A stretch of 64,000 bases of DNA from a bacterium. GTDB lineage: Bacteria > Patescibacteriota > Saccharimonadia > CAILAD01 > GCA-016700035. A program made the translations under genes and the position numbers. Position 1 is the stretch's first letter. Each line of letters opens with the position of its first letter. The notes beneath the pieces are model-generated. The model had not been told where the DNA came from. It worked only from the letters and a program-made list of their open reading frames with translations, and searched no databases. The stretch spans positions 135,021 through 199,020 of the forward strand of contig CP064998.1 in assembly GCA_016700035.1 (NCBI GenBank). Reading direction: 5' to 3'. Of this stretch, positions 46,277 to 56,545 are shown one piece after another.

Positions 46277-49200
46277 ATGGCCAACAAGAAAAAGAATAAT
46301 CAGCACGAGTATGTCAATTCAGTCGACGGTTTGCGTCGGGCTGAGCCTGTCTTACGGGTGGAAAGCTCGAGTGTGGTTGAGGTAGATGAAGTCACGCGGT
46401 TGGAGTTAATCGGGAAATGGCTACGAAAGACTGTACCATCTATAATCCTCCAACTAAAATCTATAGCTCTCCAGCTAAAAAGCATTGTGAGTACTGTAAG
46501 GCTACATATCTTGGAAATTTTTACTAGGATTACTGCTCGTATCCCTAGAGTTAGACTGCCAAGATTTGCTGTGAGTAACAGAGTGAGAAGTGTTGTAGCG
46601 AGTACATCATTAGTATTTATGGTGTTATTGATGTTCTTTAATCTGGGTATTGGAAATATTGCTCAAGCCTTTGACACTTTTAGTCAGTCAGATTGGAGTG
46701 GAGGAGTTGGGGCGAGTCCAGTTAATCAATACAGTGAAAAAGATAATGTTGTAACTACTACACCAAATAGAATAGACATAGATAGTCAGCAGAATACTAA
46801 TTGGTGCGCGACAGCAAATTGCAATAACCAGTGGCAATATAGAAAGAAGGTTATATTATCCGACTACAGCGGTAATATAGTGGCTCAGAGCAGTCTGCAG
46901 TATGAGGTTACTCTAGACTACACGGCAAATATGAAATCTGATTTTAGTGATATTAGGTTCGTAAATGAGCTGGGTGGAGCCGATATACCGTTTACTTTAA
47001 TCTATAAAACAGACAGTCAATCGGCTAAATACATTGTAAAAATATCAGTAAGTGGCGGGGTGGCAGACAAAGAGTTGTATGTTTACTATGGAAACTCTTC
47101 GGCGGTAGGCTTCGATAACCGTACCGGCACTATGGACTGGGCGGATGACTTTAGGAGTGGCACATGTGCTAAGATCCTGAATTGTAGCCAGGTGGGTCTG
47201 GTAGTTGGCAATGGAGAGCTGTCGTCTATACAGGATCATCAGTCGATCGAAGCAGCCCTATCTGGTAAGACGTTTGACAGGGCGATAAACAGGGTCTTTG
47301 AATATGATTTTCAATATGATTTTTCTAGCCTGACTGACTGTAGCGATGGTGGTTATAGTATGGCATCTAACTTCGGAGGTAATACTTATGACAAGTATTC
47401 GAACTTAGGTACATACATACGTAGAGGTAGCTGTGACCGTGATGTTTTCGGTAGTTTTAATTATGTCTCAATGAGAGATGATTCTATTGGTTACGAAAAT
47501 GGTGGCTGGCTTGAAAATTGGGATAATCCGAGTCCAAAAGCTAGTTTTAATAGCCTTGAGTGGGCACGACTTCGGATGGTGAGCTATCCAGGGAGTGGAA
47601 TGGATTTTTTTCTTAGTAAAGATAATGGTAAGACATTTAATAAGATAAATATAGCTCCGTATAGTTCGAGTAATTTAACTTTTGATATACACAGGTTTGA
47701 ATTGTATACATCTAGCAATGCAAGTAGTCTATCCCTAAAGATAAGAAATATGCAGGCGTATTCGATACCTTCTCTGGCCGCACCGCCAGTTTATCTGGGC
47801 GTGGAAGAAAAACTCGGTGGCTACACGGGGGTGATCGCGTCAGCCGAGATAGACCTTAGTGCCTCGGGGGCTTACTTTGGAGCGATTACGGCCAGCACGG
47901 TTGGTAGTGGTAAAGTTAGCTTCCTAATCTCTGGATCTGCAACGGCTGGTGGTACAAAAACATTTGCCGAAGCTGGTAGTTGTGGCTGGATAAATAATGG
48001 CGCGCTAGCTAGTGCTAGCAAATGTCTAGAGCCAAATACAAGGTACGTAAAATATTTTGCGGTATTGCAAGATGATGATGGTGTGCGTGACTTATCTGTG
48101 ACTAATATCGGCCTAGAATACGGCATGGATAATACCGACCCGAATGGGGCGACAAACATTATCGCCAAACGAGATAGCGTGTTGGGGGCACAAATCACAA
48201 CGGGCTGGATAAATACGATACCATACTTTAGCTGGAGCACGGCTACGGATAATCCTGGTGGTAGTGGTATTGGTGGATATTGTGTGTATTTTGGTACGGA
48301 TCAGACGGCAGATATGGCTACGACATCCGGGTTGTTGCCTAGCAGTGGTCCGGTGAATACAAATGGTCTATGCCATTATGCGACAGCCGATGCTAGCCTT
48401 AGTTTGTCTGATATTAATTTGCAGGGTAGCCTAGACTCTGGGCAAACTTACTACTTTAAGATTCGATCCTTCGACCAGTCTGGCAATATGTCAGGTGAGG
48501 AAGTATACCAGCTAGGCTATGATACCGAAGAGCCTGAGTTTAATACCTTGGCAACAGGACCAAATGGCGCTGTGAATTCACCGCTTGCTAATATCAACTG
48601 GCTAACGACACCACCGGCAAGTGCGGATGATAGTGGAGGGTCTGGCATCGCGGGTGTCAGATATTGTGTCAATTATTTTGGTAGTGTGCTCCCGGAATGT
48701 AATATCGAAACTGGAGGTGGCGAAGATACCCCGGACTGGATATGGTTTGGGGCTTCGGGCAATCCGGGCGGACTATATGATTTATCGGATACCATTCCAT
48801 TTACAGATGGAGGATTTCAGATATCCACGAACGCACTTTCTCATTTGACGAATGAAGGCATAAATTATGCCTATGTCGTATTGCTTGATAGAGCTGGTAA
48901 TGTTGGCGGTGGTGGCGTGGGTTATATTAATACCACCCAACAGACTGCTTCACCACCCCGAAATCTAGTAGTATCTCCGCCTATTAGCAGTCAGAACCAG
49001 TTCTCTTTTAGCTGGGAGGCGCCTTCCAGCCTGACCGGTCCAGCTAGTGAGGTAGATTACTGCTGGACTGTAAACGCTCCAATATTGCAGGACGCTAGCA
49101 ATTGTAATTGGACTGGCAAGGGAATTACCCAGCTGGCGAATGGTGCTTATGCGACGCAGCAGGGGGAGAATACGATGTATGTTATGGCGAAAGATCAATC

Positions 49201-50794
49201 GCAGAACTTCTCGAATATGAATGTGGCAACGGTAAAATTTACAGCATTTACGACAGCACCAGGTGCTCCGCAAAATCTTGAGCTGTCTGATGTGTCTACT
49301 CGGGCGACTGCGAGCTGGAAAATTGCCCTAAGCTGGAGCGCGCCACAGCTGCCGGGTTCCGGTGTGACAGGCTATAAGATTTATAGGTCTACCAATAATG
49401 TAGATTTTACTGAAGTCGGCACCACGTCAAATACCAATCTTAGCTTTATAGATTCTGGTCTCTCGCAAACTGACTACTATTATTATGTAAAAGCCTGCGA
49501 TAGCGCTAATAGCTGTGGTGTAGCCAGTAATACTGAGATAGAGTATCCGAGTGGTCGATATACCACACCAGCTCGACTAACCGATGACACCGATCAGCCG
49601 AAAATCCGAGATATCGGTACGCGTAAAGCTACAGTTTATTGGTTTACTGACCGAGCAAGTGATTCTAAGATAGCTTATGGTACCGCGCCTGGACAGTATT
49701 TCCCTGAAGAGGTCGGTAATTCGGCACAAATTTCTACACATGTTGTAAATCTTACAAATCTTGAGCCTGGTAAAACATATTATTATGTAGCTCGGTGGAC
49801 AGATGAAGATGGCAATATGGGGGTTTCCACAGAGAGATCTTTCACAACGCTACCAGCGCCAACCGTAAAGGAAGTTTCGGCATCAAATCTGACCATAGGT
49901 TCTGCTGTAGTTAATTTTACAACTGATAATGCACATAAGGCTAATGTATATTTTGGAGCCAATGATGCCTTTGGTGGCGTGAAGAGTGTTAATACTTCAA
50001 CATCATCTTCTAGCTATAGTTTAAGTTTGGATAATCTGCGGGATGGGCAGAAATACTACTTTAAGATCAGTACGGTCGATGCCGATGGCTATGAATATCA
50101 GGGAGATATTTATAGCTTTACCACACCAGCTCGTCCACGGATTATAAATTTGCGCTTTGATACGGTCGAAGGTGAGCCAAGTAGCACCCAGAAGATTGTT
50201 TGGACGACCAATGTTCCGACTACTAGTGAGGTGGTGTATGGTCTGAGGGATGGTAAGCAGATCGAAGCCGTAGACTCGGTGCTTGTGGTGGAGCATGAGA
50301 TGGTGGTTCGTGGACTTGAAGACGATGCGGATTATCAGCTAGTTGCCCGCTCGCGCGATGCTGCTGGCAATCTGGCAATATCTGATCGGCAATCTTTCCA
50401 GACTGCCGAGGACACGCGTGCTCCAAAGATTAGTAACTTGAAGATTGAGACAGATATTCGTGGATCCGGAGGCGAAGCTCGAGGCCAGGTGATTGTGTCT
50501 TGGCGCACCGATGAGCCGGCGACCAGCCAAGTAGCCTTTGCTAAGGGTCGCACCGATGAGCTAAGTAATCGATCACAACAAGATACACGTCTAACGACTG
50601 AGCATGTGGTGGTGGTGTCAGATCTGACGACCTCGAGTATTTATCAGGTTCAGGCGGTCTCATCTGATAAGGCTGGTAATGAGTCATCTTCGGATGCTCA
50701 AACTGCAATCATTGGTCGTGGTACAGACAGTATTTTTAGCGTTATCTTTAATGCCCTGCAAGCAATCTTCGGCTTTGGGGATTCTAGTATATGA
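46277..50794 (+). CDS. giant (1505 aa) membrane-anchored surface protein, paralog of 9072..15395: long N-terminal cytoplasmic tail + TM, DUF2341-like domain, shared C-terminal FN3/PAP-N-like array and conserved C-terminal tail
   Basis: C-terminal 1000 aa alignable to giant #1 (for example YKIYRSTNN..F..GTTSNTNLSFIDSGLSQTDYYYYVKACDSANSCG vs YKIYRSTNNATFVYIGSSTSTTYIDAGLSQVEYYYRVKACDSTNNCG); DUF2341-like WQYRKKVIL...DIRFVN...YVYYGN. Confidence 0.85.
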   Translation: MANKKKNNQHEYVNSVDGLRRAEPVLRVESSSVVEVDEVTRLELIGKWLRKTVPSIILQLKSIALQLKSIVSTVRLHILEIFTRITARIPRVRLPRFAVSNRVRSVVASTSLVFMVLLMFFNLGIGNIAQAFDTFSQSDWSGGVGASPVNQYSEKDNVVTTTPNRIDIDSQQNTNWCATANCNNQWQYRKKVILSDYSGNIVAQSSLQYEVTLDYTANMKSDFSDIRFVNELGGADIPFTLIYKTDSQSAKYIVKISVSGGVADKELYVYYGNSSAVGFDNRTGTMDWADDFRSGTCAKILNCSQVGLVVGNGELSSIQDHQSIEAALSGKTFDRAINRVFEYDFQYDFSSLTDCSDGGYSMASNFGGNTYDKYSNLGTYIRRGSCDRDVFGSFNYVSMRDDSIGYENGGWLENWDNPSPKASFNSLEWARLRMVSYPGSGMDFFLSKDNGKTFNKINIAPYSSSNLTFDIHRFELYTSSNASSLSLKIRNMQAYSIPSLAAPPVYLGVEEKLGGYTGVIASAEIDLSASGAYFGAITASTVGSGKVSFLISGSATAGGTKTFAEAGSCGWINNGALASASKCLEPNTRYVKYFAVLQDDDGVRDLSVTNIGLEYGMDNTDPNGATNIIAKRDSVLGAQITTGWINTIPYFSWSTATDNPGGSGIGGYCVYFGTDQTADMATTSGLLPSSGPVNTNGLCHYATADASLSLSDINLQGSLDSGQTYYFKIRSFDQSGNMSGEEVYQLGYDTEEPEFNTLATGPNGAVNSPLANINWLTTPPASADDSGGSGIAGVRYCVNYFGSVLPECNIETGGGEDTPDWIWFGASGNPGGLYDLSDTIPFTDGGFQISTNALSHLTNEGINYAYVVLLDRAGNVGGGGVGYINTTQQTASPPRNLVVSPPISSQNQFSFSWEAPSSLTGPASEVDYCWTVNAPILQDASNCNWTGKGITQLANGAYATQQGENTMYVMAKDQSQNFSNMNVATVKFTAFTTAPGAPQNLELSDVSTRATASWKIALSWSAPQLPGSGVTGYKIYRSTNNVDFTEVGTTSNTNLSFIDSGLSQTDYYYYVKACDSANSCGVASNTEIEYPSGRYTTPARLTDDTDQPKIRDIGTRKATVYWFTDRASDSKIAYGTAPGQYFPEEVGNSAQISTHVVNLTNLEPGKTYYYVARWTDEDGNMGVSTERSFTTLPAPTVKEVSASNLTIGSAVVNFTTDNAHKANVYFGANDAFGGVKSVNTSTSSSSYSLSLDNLRDGQKYYFKISTVDADGYEYQGDIYSFTTPARPRIINLRFDTVEGEPSSTQKIVWTTNVPTTSEVVYGLRDGKQIEAVDSVLVVEHEMVVRGLEDDADYQLVARSRDAAGNLAISDRQSFQTAEDTRAPKISNLKIETDIRGSGGEARGQVIVSWRTDEPATSQVAFAKGRTDELSNRSQQDTRLTTEHVVVVSDLTTSSIYQVQAVSSDKAGNESSSDAQTAIIGRGTDSIFSVIFNALQAIFGFGDSSI

Positions 50795-51597
50795 GTCAGG
50801 CACTAGTAGAGTTTCAAAAGGTGTCGCGTGATTTTAGGGCGGTTGATGGCACGATAAGTGTTTTAAAAGATATAAACTTTAAGGTGGAGACTGGTAGCTT
50901 TACGATTATCTATGGACCTTCTGGTAGTGGCAAGACGACGATTTTAAATATGATCTTGGGGCTTTTACCGCCAACCAAAGGGGATGTTGTGGTAAGCGGA
51001 GAGAAGTTATATGGTTTGACACAAGATGGTCGTGCAAAATTCAGGGCAGCCCATTATGGTATTGTGAGTCAGGTTAATAACTGGATATTGAGTATGAATG
51101 TACAGGAGAATGTGGCACTTCCGCTGTATCTCTCGGGAACTCCACGGCATAAGGCAATGCGAAAAGCAGCCGATAGTATTGAGCGGGTAGGACTGACGAA
51201 ATATATGCATTATAACCCAGCGGTGTTGTCGGTTGGTCAACAGCAACGTATTTCGATGGCGCGGGCGACAGTTAAAACGCCACGGCTTTTAATTGCTGAT
51301 GAGCCTACTGGTAACCTCGATACGACAAATGGCGACATGATAATGCAGCTCATGACTAGCTTTAGAAATCATGAGAATACAACCGTAATACTGGTGACTC
51401 ATAATTTGAGTTATCTTTCATTGAGTAGTCATCGACTCTTCTTGAAAGACGGCGTTTTATCAGTGGATGAGGGTGGCTTCCAGCTAGAAGAAGAGCGTCG
51501 ACGTATGTTGATGACAAGCTTTTTGGAGGCTAATAAAACGGACACTGCTCAACAGGGCAAGGCGGCGTCTGTGAAGAAAGGCGGCAAGCGTGGCTGA
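50791..51597 (+). CDS. ABC transporter ATP-binding protein, MacB/LolD-like (paralog of 15397..16344)
   Basis: Walker A GPSGSGKTT, LSVGQQQRI, LLIADEPT; ATGA overlap with the giant-protein stop. Confidence 0.85.
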   Translation: MSQALVEFQKVSRDFRAVDGTISVLKDINFKVETGSFTIIYGPSGSGKTTILNMILGLLPPTKGDVVVSGEKLYGLTQDGRAKFRAAHYGIVSQVNNWILSMNVQENVALPLYLSGTPRHKAMRKAADSIERVGLTKYMHYNPAVLSVGQQQRISMARATVKTPRLLIADEPTGNLDTTNGDMIMQLMTSFRNHENTTVILVTHNLSYLSLSSHRLFLKDGVLSVDEGGFQLEEERRRMLMTSFLEANKTDTAQQGKAASVKKGGKRG

Positions 51598-52873
51598 GCG
51601 TAACCATAAAACCAATGAGAAAGCGAATGAATTGAAGGTTATGCCTAGGCTAAAAAAGCACCGATTTAAGAGAGAAGGCGTGGTGGCAACATCCATTCTG
51701 GTGCGTATGGCGGCCCAGAATCTTTTCTTTAAGAGGCTACGAACTACGCTGACCATTCTTGGCGTGGTGATTGGTATTGGTGCGGTGATATTTTTGCTCT
51801 CGTTTGGGTATGGTTTGCAGAATTTAGTTAGCCGTCAAGTGATTGGGGCAAAATCGGTTAAGAGTATTGATGTCAATAAGCCACGCTCGACAGCCATTAA
51901 ATTTGATGGTGAAAATATTACTCGGCTCAAAAATATTGGTTCGGTGGAATCGGTGGCTCGCGTTTTTACCGAAGCTGCTAAAGTAAAATCGGGTAGCTCA
52001 CAGATTGATTCGGTGCTGTTTGGCGTTGATTCAGAATATCTAAACCTAGCCTCCGTACGCGTGGTGACTGGCAAAAGTTTATTGGCGGGCGGCTCGACGG
52101 ATGAGACCCTAATCAATACTTCACTTGCAAGAGCAGTGGGCTTACCACAAGGCGATGAGGTACTCGGCAAGGTGATTAATATGAGTTTTGATGTTGTGCA
52201 GGCTGATGGGGTCAAGAAAACTGTTCAGAAGGACATGAGAATTATCGGCCTTGTTGAAGGGAGTGGGGGTGCTGAAGTTTTTGTGCGTAGTCAGCTATTT
52301 ATTGATAATGGTGCCCAAGATGCCGGTCAAGTAAAGATACTGGCAACTGATCGGGCGGCTGTACCGCAGATTCGTAAGGAGATTGAAAGTATTGGCTTCG
52401 CTACCGCGTCACCACTTGATACTCTAGACCAGATTTCTCAGGTGTTCGGTTTGCTACAGATGGTCTTTATTGGTTTTGGAGGGATTGGTATGGTGATTGC
52501 GATACTCGGGATGTTTAACACGCTGACTATTTCTTTATTGGAGAGGACTCGGGAAATTGGGCTCCTGATTGAGTTTGGTGCGCGACGACGAGATATTAAA
52601 CGGCTATTTATCATTGAGTCTTTAATGTTATCAATATTGGGTGGCCTAATTGGGTTAATTAGTGCCTTCATGCTCGGTAAGATCGCTGATGTGGCAATTA
52701 GTAGCTTTGCGCGTAGTCGAGGAGTGCAGGAGTCGGTGTCAGCTTTTATGGTGACACCTCAGTTAGCAATTATGACGTTGGTATTGAGCGCATTGTTTGG
52801 GCTGGCGGTTGTTTATTTTCCGGCGCGTCGGGCATCACGAATTGATCCGATTGACGCATTGCGTTACGAATAA
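51590..52873 (+). CDS. ABC transporter permease, FtsX/MacB type (paralog of 16341..17606)
   Basis: ISLLERTREIGLLIEFGARRRDIKRLFIIESL motif; 8-nt overlap with the ATPase gene. Confidence 0.85.
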   Translation: MAERNHKTNEKANELKVMPRLKKHRFKREGVVATSILVRMAAQNLFFKRLRTTLTILGVVIGIGAVIFLLSFGYGLQNLVSRQVIGAKSVKSIDVNKPRSTAIKFDGENITRLKNIGSVESVARVFTEAAKVKSGSSQIDSVLFGVDSEYLNLASVRVVTGKSLLAGGSTDETLINTSLARAVGLPQGDEVLGKVINMSFDVVQADGVKKTVQKDMRIIGLVEGSGGAEVFVRSQLFIDNGAQDAGQVKILATDRAAVPQIRKEIESIGFATASPLDTLDQISQVFGLLQMVFIGFGGIGMVIAILGMFNTLTISLLERTREIGLLIEFGARRRDIKRLFIIESLMLSILGGLIGLISAFMLGKIADVAISSFARSRGVQESVSAFMVTPQLAIMTLVLSALFGLAVVYFPARRASRIDPIDALRYE

Positions 52874-53180
52874 TTTTTTTGAGACTAGTCGCACAATTAA
52901 TTTGGGTACGACTTTTTTATTTTGAGCCAAGAACTTTGACTGAGCTCTAGTATTAATTATTTTTGTAGCTTTGATTAATGACGTGTTGGTATGCAGTTTG
53001 TAAAATATATTCTGCGCGTGAATAAGTTAAGAAGAGAATAAAAAGTATGCAATAAAAAAACCAGGTTAGGGGGTTGTGGGGACCATCCTAACCTGGAGAA
53101 TTTTCTTGTGTGTTTGTTTTTGAGTAATATATGTGTGCAGCAGCACTACATCGATAATACGTCTTATACATAAGCTTTGT

Positions 53181-53220
53181 CAACAAAAAAGCTGTGGAAA
53201 ACCACAACTTTTTTGTTGGG
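53181..53220. terminator. bidirectional hairpin terminator downstream of fba (caacaaaaaagctgtgg-aaaa-ccacaacttttttgttg)
   Basis: imperfect 13-bp stem with T-runs on both strands; 16 nt after the fba stop. Confidence 0.5.
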
Positions 53221-53235
53221 AGGGGATTTTACAGG

Positions 53236-54279
53236 TTAGCTATCCTGGGAGGCACTAACAAATTCATCTTTTGGGCTAGACTTAGATGATTGAAGCTGTC
53301 CGTGACGAGCTTCGGCGCAAGCCTTAGTGAGGTCATAGTAGGTTTTTTGTGCGGCATCAATATTTTCTGGTTTTCCAGACCATACTTTCATGGCGGGGTC
53401 TTGTACGGCGCGCGAGAACGAGAAGGTAATTGGCCAAGGTTGTTTGCCACTAGTGCCGATGGTTTGCAAATTATCGCGGGCTTGCTCCGGAGATTGACCA
53501 CCGGACAGGAAGACCACACCACCCATAGATGCTGGGACTGCTTGGTTGAGTACAGCTAGTGTTTGTTCGGCAACTTCTTGAGTAGACGAGGTAGTACCAG
53601 ATTGCTTACCGGCTAGCACCATACTGGTCTTCACAATACAGCCAGTTAGATCGACGCGGTAAGCTTTAAGCATTTGAGCAAGAAGGCTTAGGGTGGCTTC
53701 CGTTACGTCATGAGCTTGCTGGAGGCTCTGAGGGCCGTCATAGAGCACTTCTGGCTCAACAATAGGCACTATGTTGGCTGACTGGCATAGGCTTGCGTAG
53801 CGTGCCATTGTATGCAAATTAGAGTGCAATGCAGTCTGTGTTGGGGTGGTGTCGGAAATCTGAAAGGCAGAGCGCCATTTTGCAAAGCGAGCTCCAAGAT
53901 CATAATACTCAGTCAGTCGGCCAGCCAGTCCGTCTAGACCTTCAGTGATTGTCTCTGGCTTAAAATTATCGAGTTCGACCAAGCCCTGATCTACTTTAAT
54001 GCCAGGAATAATGCCCTTGTCGCTAAGATATTTTGGAAAAGGTATGCCGCTATCAGTTGCTTGTCGAATAGTTTCATCATAGAAAATGACTCCAGATAAG
54101 TATTTTTCAATACCGGGTGTCGTGATAAGCATTTGCCGATACTGCCGACGCGTTTCTTCGGTGCAGGGGATAGCTAGGCTATCAAATCGTTTTTGCGCAC
54201 TTTTACTGCTTTCATCGGCGGCAAGAATTCCCTTAGAATCGGCAAATAATGCTTGTACAGTTTCTTGTAGTTGACCCAT
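53236..54279 (-). CDS. fructose-bisphosphate aldolase, class I
   Basis: GILAADESSKSAQKRF active-site region typical of class I FBA. Confidence 0.8.
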   Translation of the reverse strand: MGQLQETVQALFADSKGILAADESSKSAQKRFDSLAIPCTEETRRQYRQMLITTPGIEKYLSGVIFYDETIRQATDSGIPFPKYLSDKGIIPGIKVDQGLVELDNFKPETITEGLDGLAGRLTEYYDLGARFAKWRSAFQISDTTPTQTALHSNLHTMARYASLCQSANIVPIVEPEVLYDGPQSLQQAHDVTEATLSLLAQMLKAYRVDLTGCIVKTSMVLAGKQSGTTSSTQEVAEQTLAVLNQAVPASMGGVVFLSGGQSPEQARDNLQTIGTSGKQPWPITFSFSRAVQDPAMKVWSGKPENIDAAQKTYYDLTKACAEARHGQLQSSKSSPKDEFVSASQDS

Positions 54280-54403
54280 ATATACTTCCTTATTAGTTGT
54301 TATGCTTATTCTACTTAAAGTTAATAGTTTTGGTCAAACTACCCATACAGACTTCGAGAGAAATCTTTAAAATTTACATATATTATGTGCTATAGAATAT
54401 ATG

Positions 54404-54859
54404 TTATGTATTAAATTTACGCTTTGCTTCAAGCGCAACATCAATTTTCATGGTTTTTTTGCGACTGGCTTCACGCTTGTCATAGTGCTTTTTACCTCGA
54501 GCAAGTGCAATATCAATTTTAATACGCCCACGATCCAGACCGATAGCTAAAGGTATGACAGATAGTCCAGCGCCTTTTTTCTCAGCTTCCAAGCGGTCAA
54601 TTTGCTTGCGGTGGAGTAATAACTTACGTGATCGAGTTGGATCGTATTCTTTAAGGTTTGTAGCATGACTATAGCGTCGAATATGGGCATTGACTAGATA
54701 GGCCTCGTGATTATTGAAGTGCACAAAGCTGCCTTTAAGGCTTATTTGACCAGAGCGAATACTTTTCACTTCATGCCCCAAGAGCGATAAGCCTGCCGTA
54801 AAGGTTTCTAATATTTCATAGTCGTAGTAGGCTCGACGATTTTTGGCAATAACTTTCAT
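54404..54859 (-). CDS. smpB: SsrA-binding protein SmpB
   Basis: MKVIAKNRRAYYDYEILETFTAGLSLLGHEVKSIR signature. Confidence 0.9.
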   Translation of the reverse strand: MKVIAKNRRAYYDYEILETFTAGLSLLGHEVKSIRSGQISLKGSFVHFNNHEAYLVNAHIRRYSHATNLKEYDPTRSRKLLLHRKQIDRLEAEKKGAGLSVIPLAIGLDRGRIKIDIALARGKKHYDKREASRKKTMKIDVALEAKRKFNT

Positions 54860-54911
54860 ATAGCTATTATACCTGGTTTGGAGCTAATCTATCAGATATA
54901 ATATAGATGAT

Positions 54912-56525
54912 ATGTTTTTACGCAAATATCAGGATATTCTTAAAGATTTACACTCAAGTATTGAGGTGGTGCTAGGCGGGCAAGCTGAATTTGCTGAATT
55001 TGCCCAATCGGTATCATTTTGCGACATACGCTTTGGTGACCTCGCAACGAACATTGCCTTGCAGAAATCTAAATTATTAAAGCGTCATCCTCGTGATTTG
55101 GCTCAGCAGGTTGTTGATCAGATTAATAAAGATGGTAGGTTTGCAATTAGTGAAGTTGCGGGGCCTGGATTTATTAATATACGACTACATGAGAAGAGCT
55201 ACATCAAGCTTTTTCAGGCACTTGAGGCAGAATTCTATACTTCACAAATTGGTAATGGGCGGCGTGTAAATCTGGAATTTATCAGTGCTAATCCAACTGG
55301 TCCACTTGTTTTGGTGAATGCTTGGGGTGGTTATTATGGTGATATTTTAGCTTCGTGCTATCAAAGCCAAGGTTATGAGGTGCAACGCGAGTACTATCTT
55401 AATGATGGTGGAAACCAAATTACTCAACTTGGCAGAGCAGTTCAGCGAGCTGCTGGTGCTAAGTTTAGCTCTGAGCAAGCTAAGGAGTTATATCGGGGTG
55501 AATATATAGATAGTCTGGCGGTGGAATTTATAAAAGACTATGGCGATGCTAATAGCTTAATCCAGGCTGACCCGCAAGAAGTTGGAGATAAGGCGCAGGC
55601 GCAGATTTTAGAGCAATACATTAAACCTACTCTTAAACGTTTGGGTATTAATCACGATAAAGTTTATCCTGAAACTCAGCTTGATAATCAGACTACCATT
55701 GAGAGATTAAGGCAGGCAGGGGCCATTCTAGAGAAAGAAGGGGCTATTTGGTTGAGTGGAGAGAAGGCTGGCCTAGACAAGGATGAGGTACTCGTGCGTT
55801 CAACTGATGGCCAAGAAACCTATTTCTTAAAAGATATTACATATCAATTAACTAAATTAGAAGATCGGCGCTTTGACAGAGCAATTACAATTGTTGGGCC
55901 TGACCACCATGGACAGGAGCAACGACTATTGGCGGCCCTACGTCTCTTGGGGCATGATGGGTTTGTGCCACTTTGGACACAAACAGTCCGCCTAACTAAA
56001 GACGGGCAAGAGTTTAAGATGAGTAAACGTCGAGGAAATTACATCGTTTTGGATGAATTTTTAGATATTGTACCAACTGATACGGCTCGCTTCTTCTTTG
56101 CTTTACGTGATACGAATAGTCATTTAGATTTGGATCTAGACTTGCTTGCTACTCAAAATAAGCATAATCCACTATTTTACGTAATGTACTCTTATGTTCG
56201 AGCTGGTTCAGTGTTAGACAAGGTTGATGCGGTTGATGAGCCGAGTGAGATCGAGCTAGACGAGACTCAGAAGCAAATTTTACGAAGTTTTATCGAGATT
56301 GCTCAATTAATCGGGCAGACAACAGAGACCCAGCAAGTCCACCATGTTCTACATAAAATGATTGAGGTTGCCCGTTATTTTCATGATTGGTATGAAAATA
56401 ACCCAGTTATTAATGAGGGTGATGGCGATTTGCGCCGTAGTCGAATATATTTCCTGCAAAAGTATCGCATAGCTCTTGCAACCCTATTCGATTTGATTGG
56501 CATTGAAGCGCAAGAGAAAATGTAG
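54912..56525 (+). CDS. argS: arginyl-tRNA synthetase
   Basis: class I HIGH-region FISANPTGPLVLVNAWGG, KMSKR (KMSKS), ArgRS anticodon-binding C-terminus. Confidence 0.9.
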   Translation: MFLRKYQDILKDLHSSIEVVLGGQAEFAEFAQSVSFCDIRFGDLATNIALQKSKLLKRHPRDLAQQVVDQINKDGRFAISEVAGPGFINIRLHEKSYIKLFQALEAEFYTSQIGNGRRVNLEFISANPTGPLVLVNAWGGYYGDILASCYQSQGYEVQREYYLNDGGNQITQLGRAVQRAAGAKFSSEQAKELYRGEYIDSLAVEFIKDYGDANSLIQADPQEVGDKAQAQILEQYIKPTLKRLGINHDKVYPETQLDNQTTIERLRQAGAILEKEGAIWLSGEKAGLDKDEVLVRSTDGQETYFLKDITYQLTKLEDRRFDRAITIVGPDHHGQEQRLLAALRLLGHDGFVPLWTQTVRLTKDGQEFKMSKRRGNYIVLDEFLDIVPTDTARFFFALRDTNSHLDLDLDLLATQNKHNPLFYVMYSYVRAGSVLDKVDAVDEPSEIELDETQKQILRSFIEIAQLIGQTTETQQVHHVLHKMIEVARYFHDWYENNPVINEGDGDLRRSRIYFLQKYRIALATLFDLIGIEAQEKM

Positions 56526-56545
56526 CTCAACGGGGGGGTTAATAC

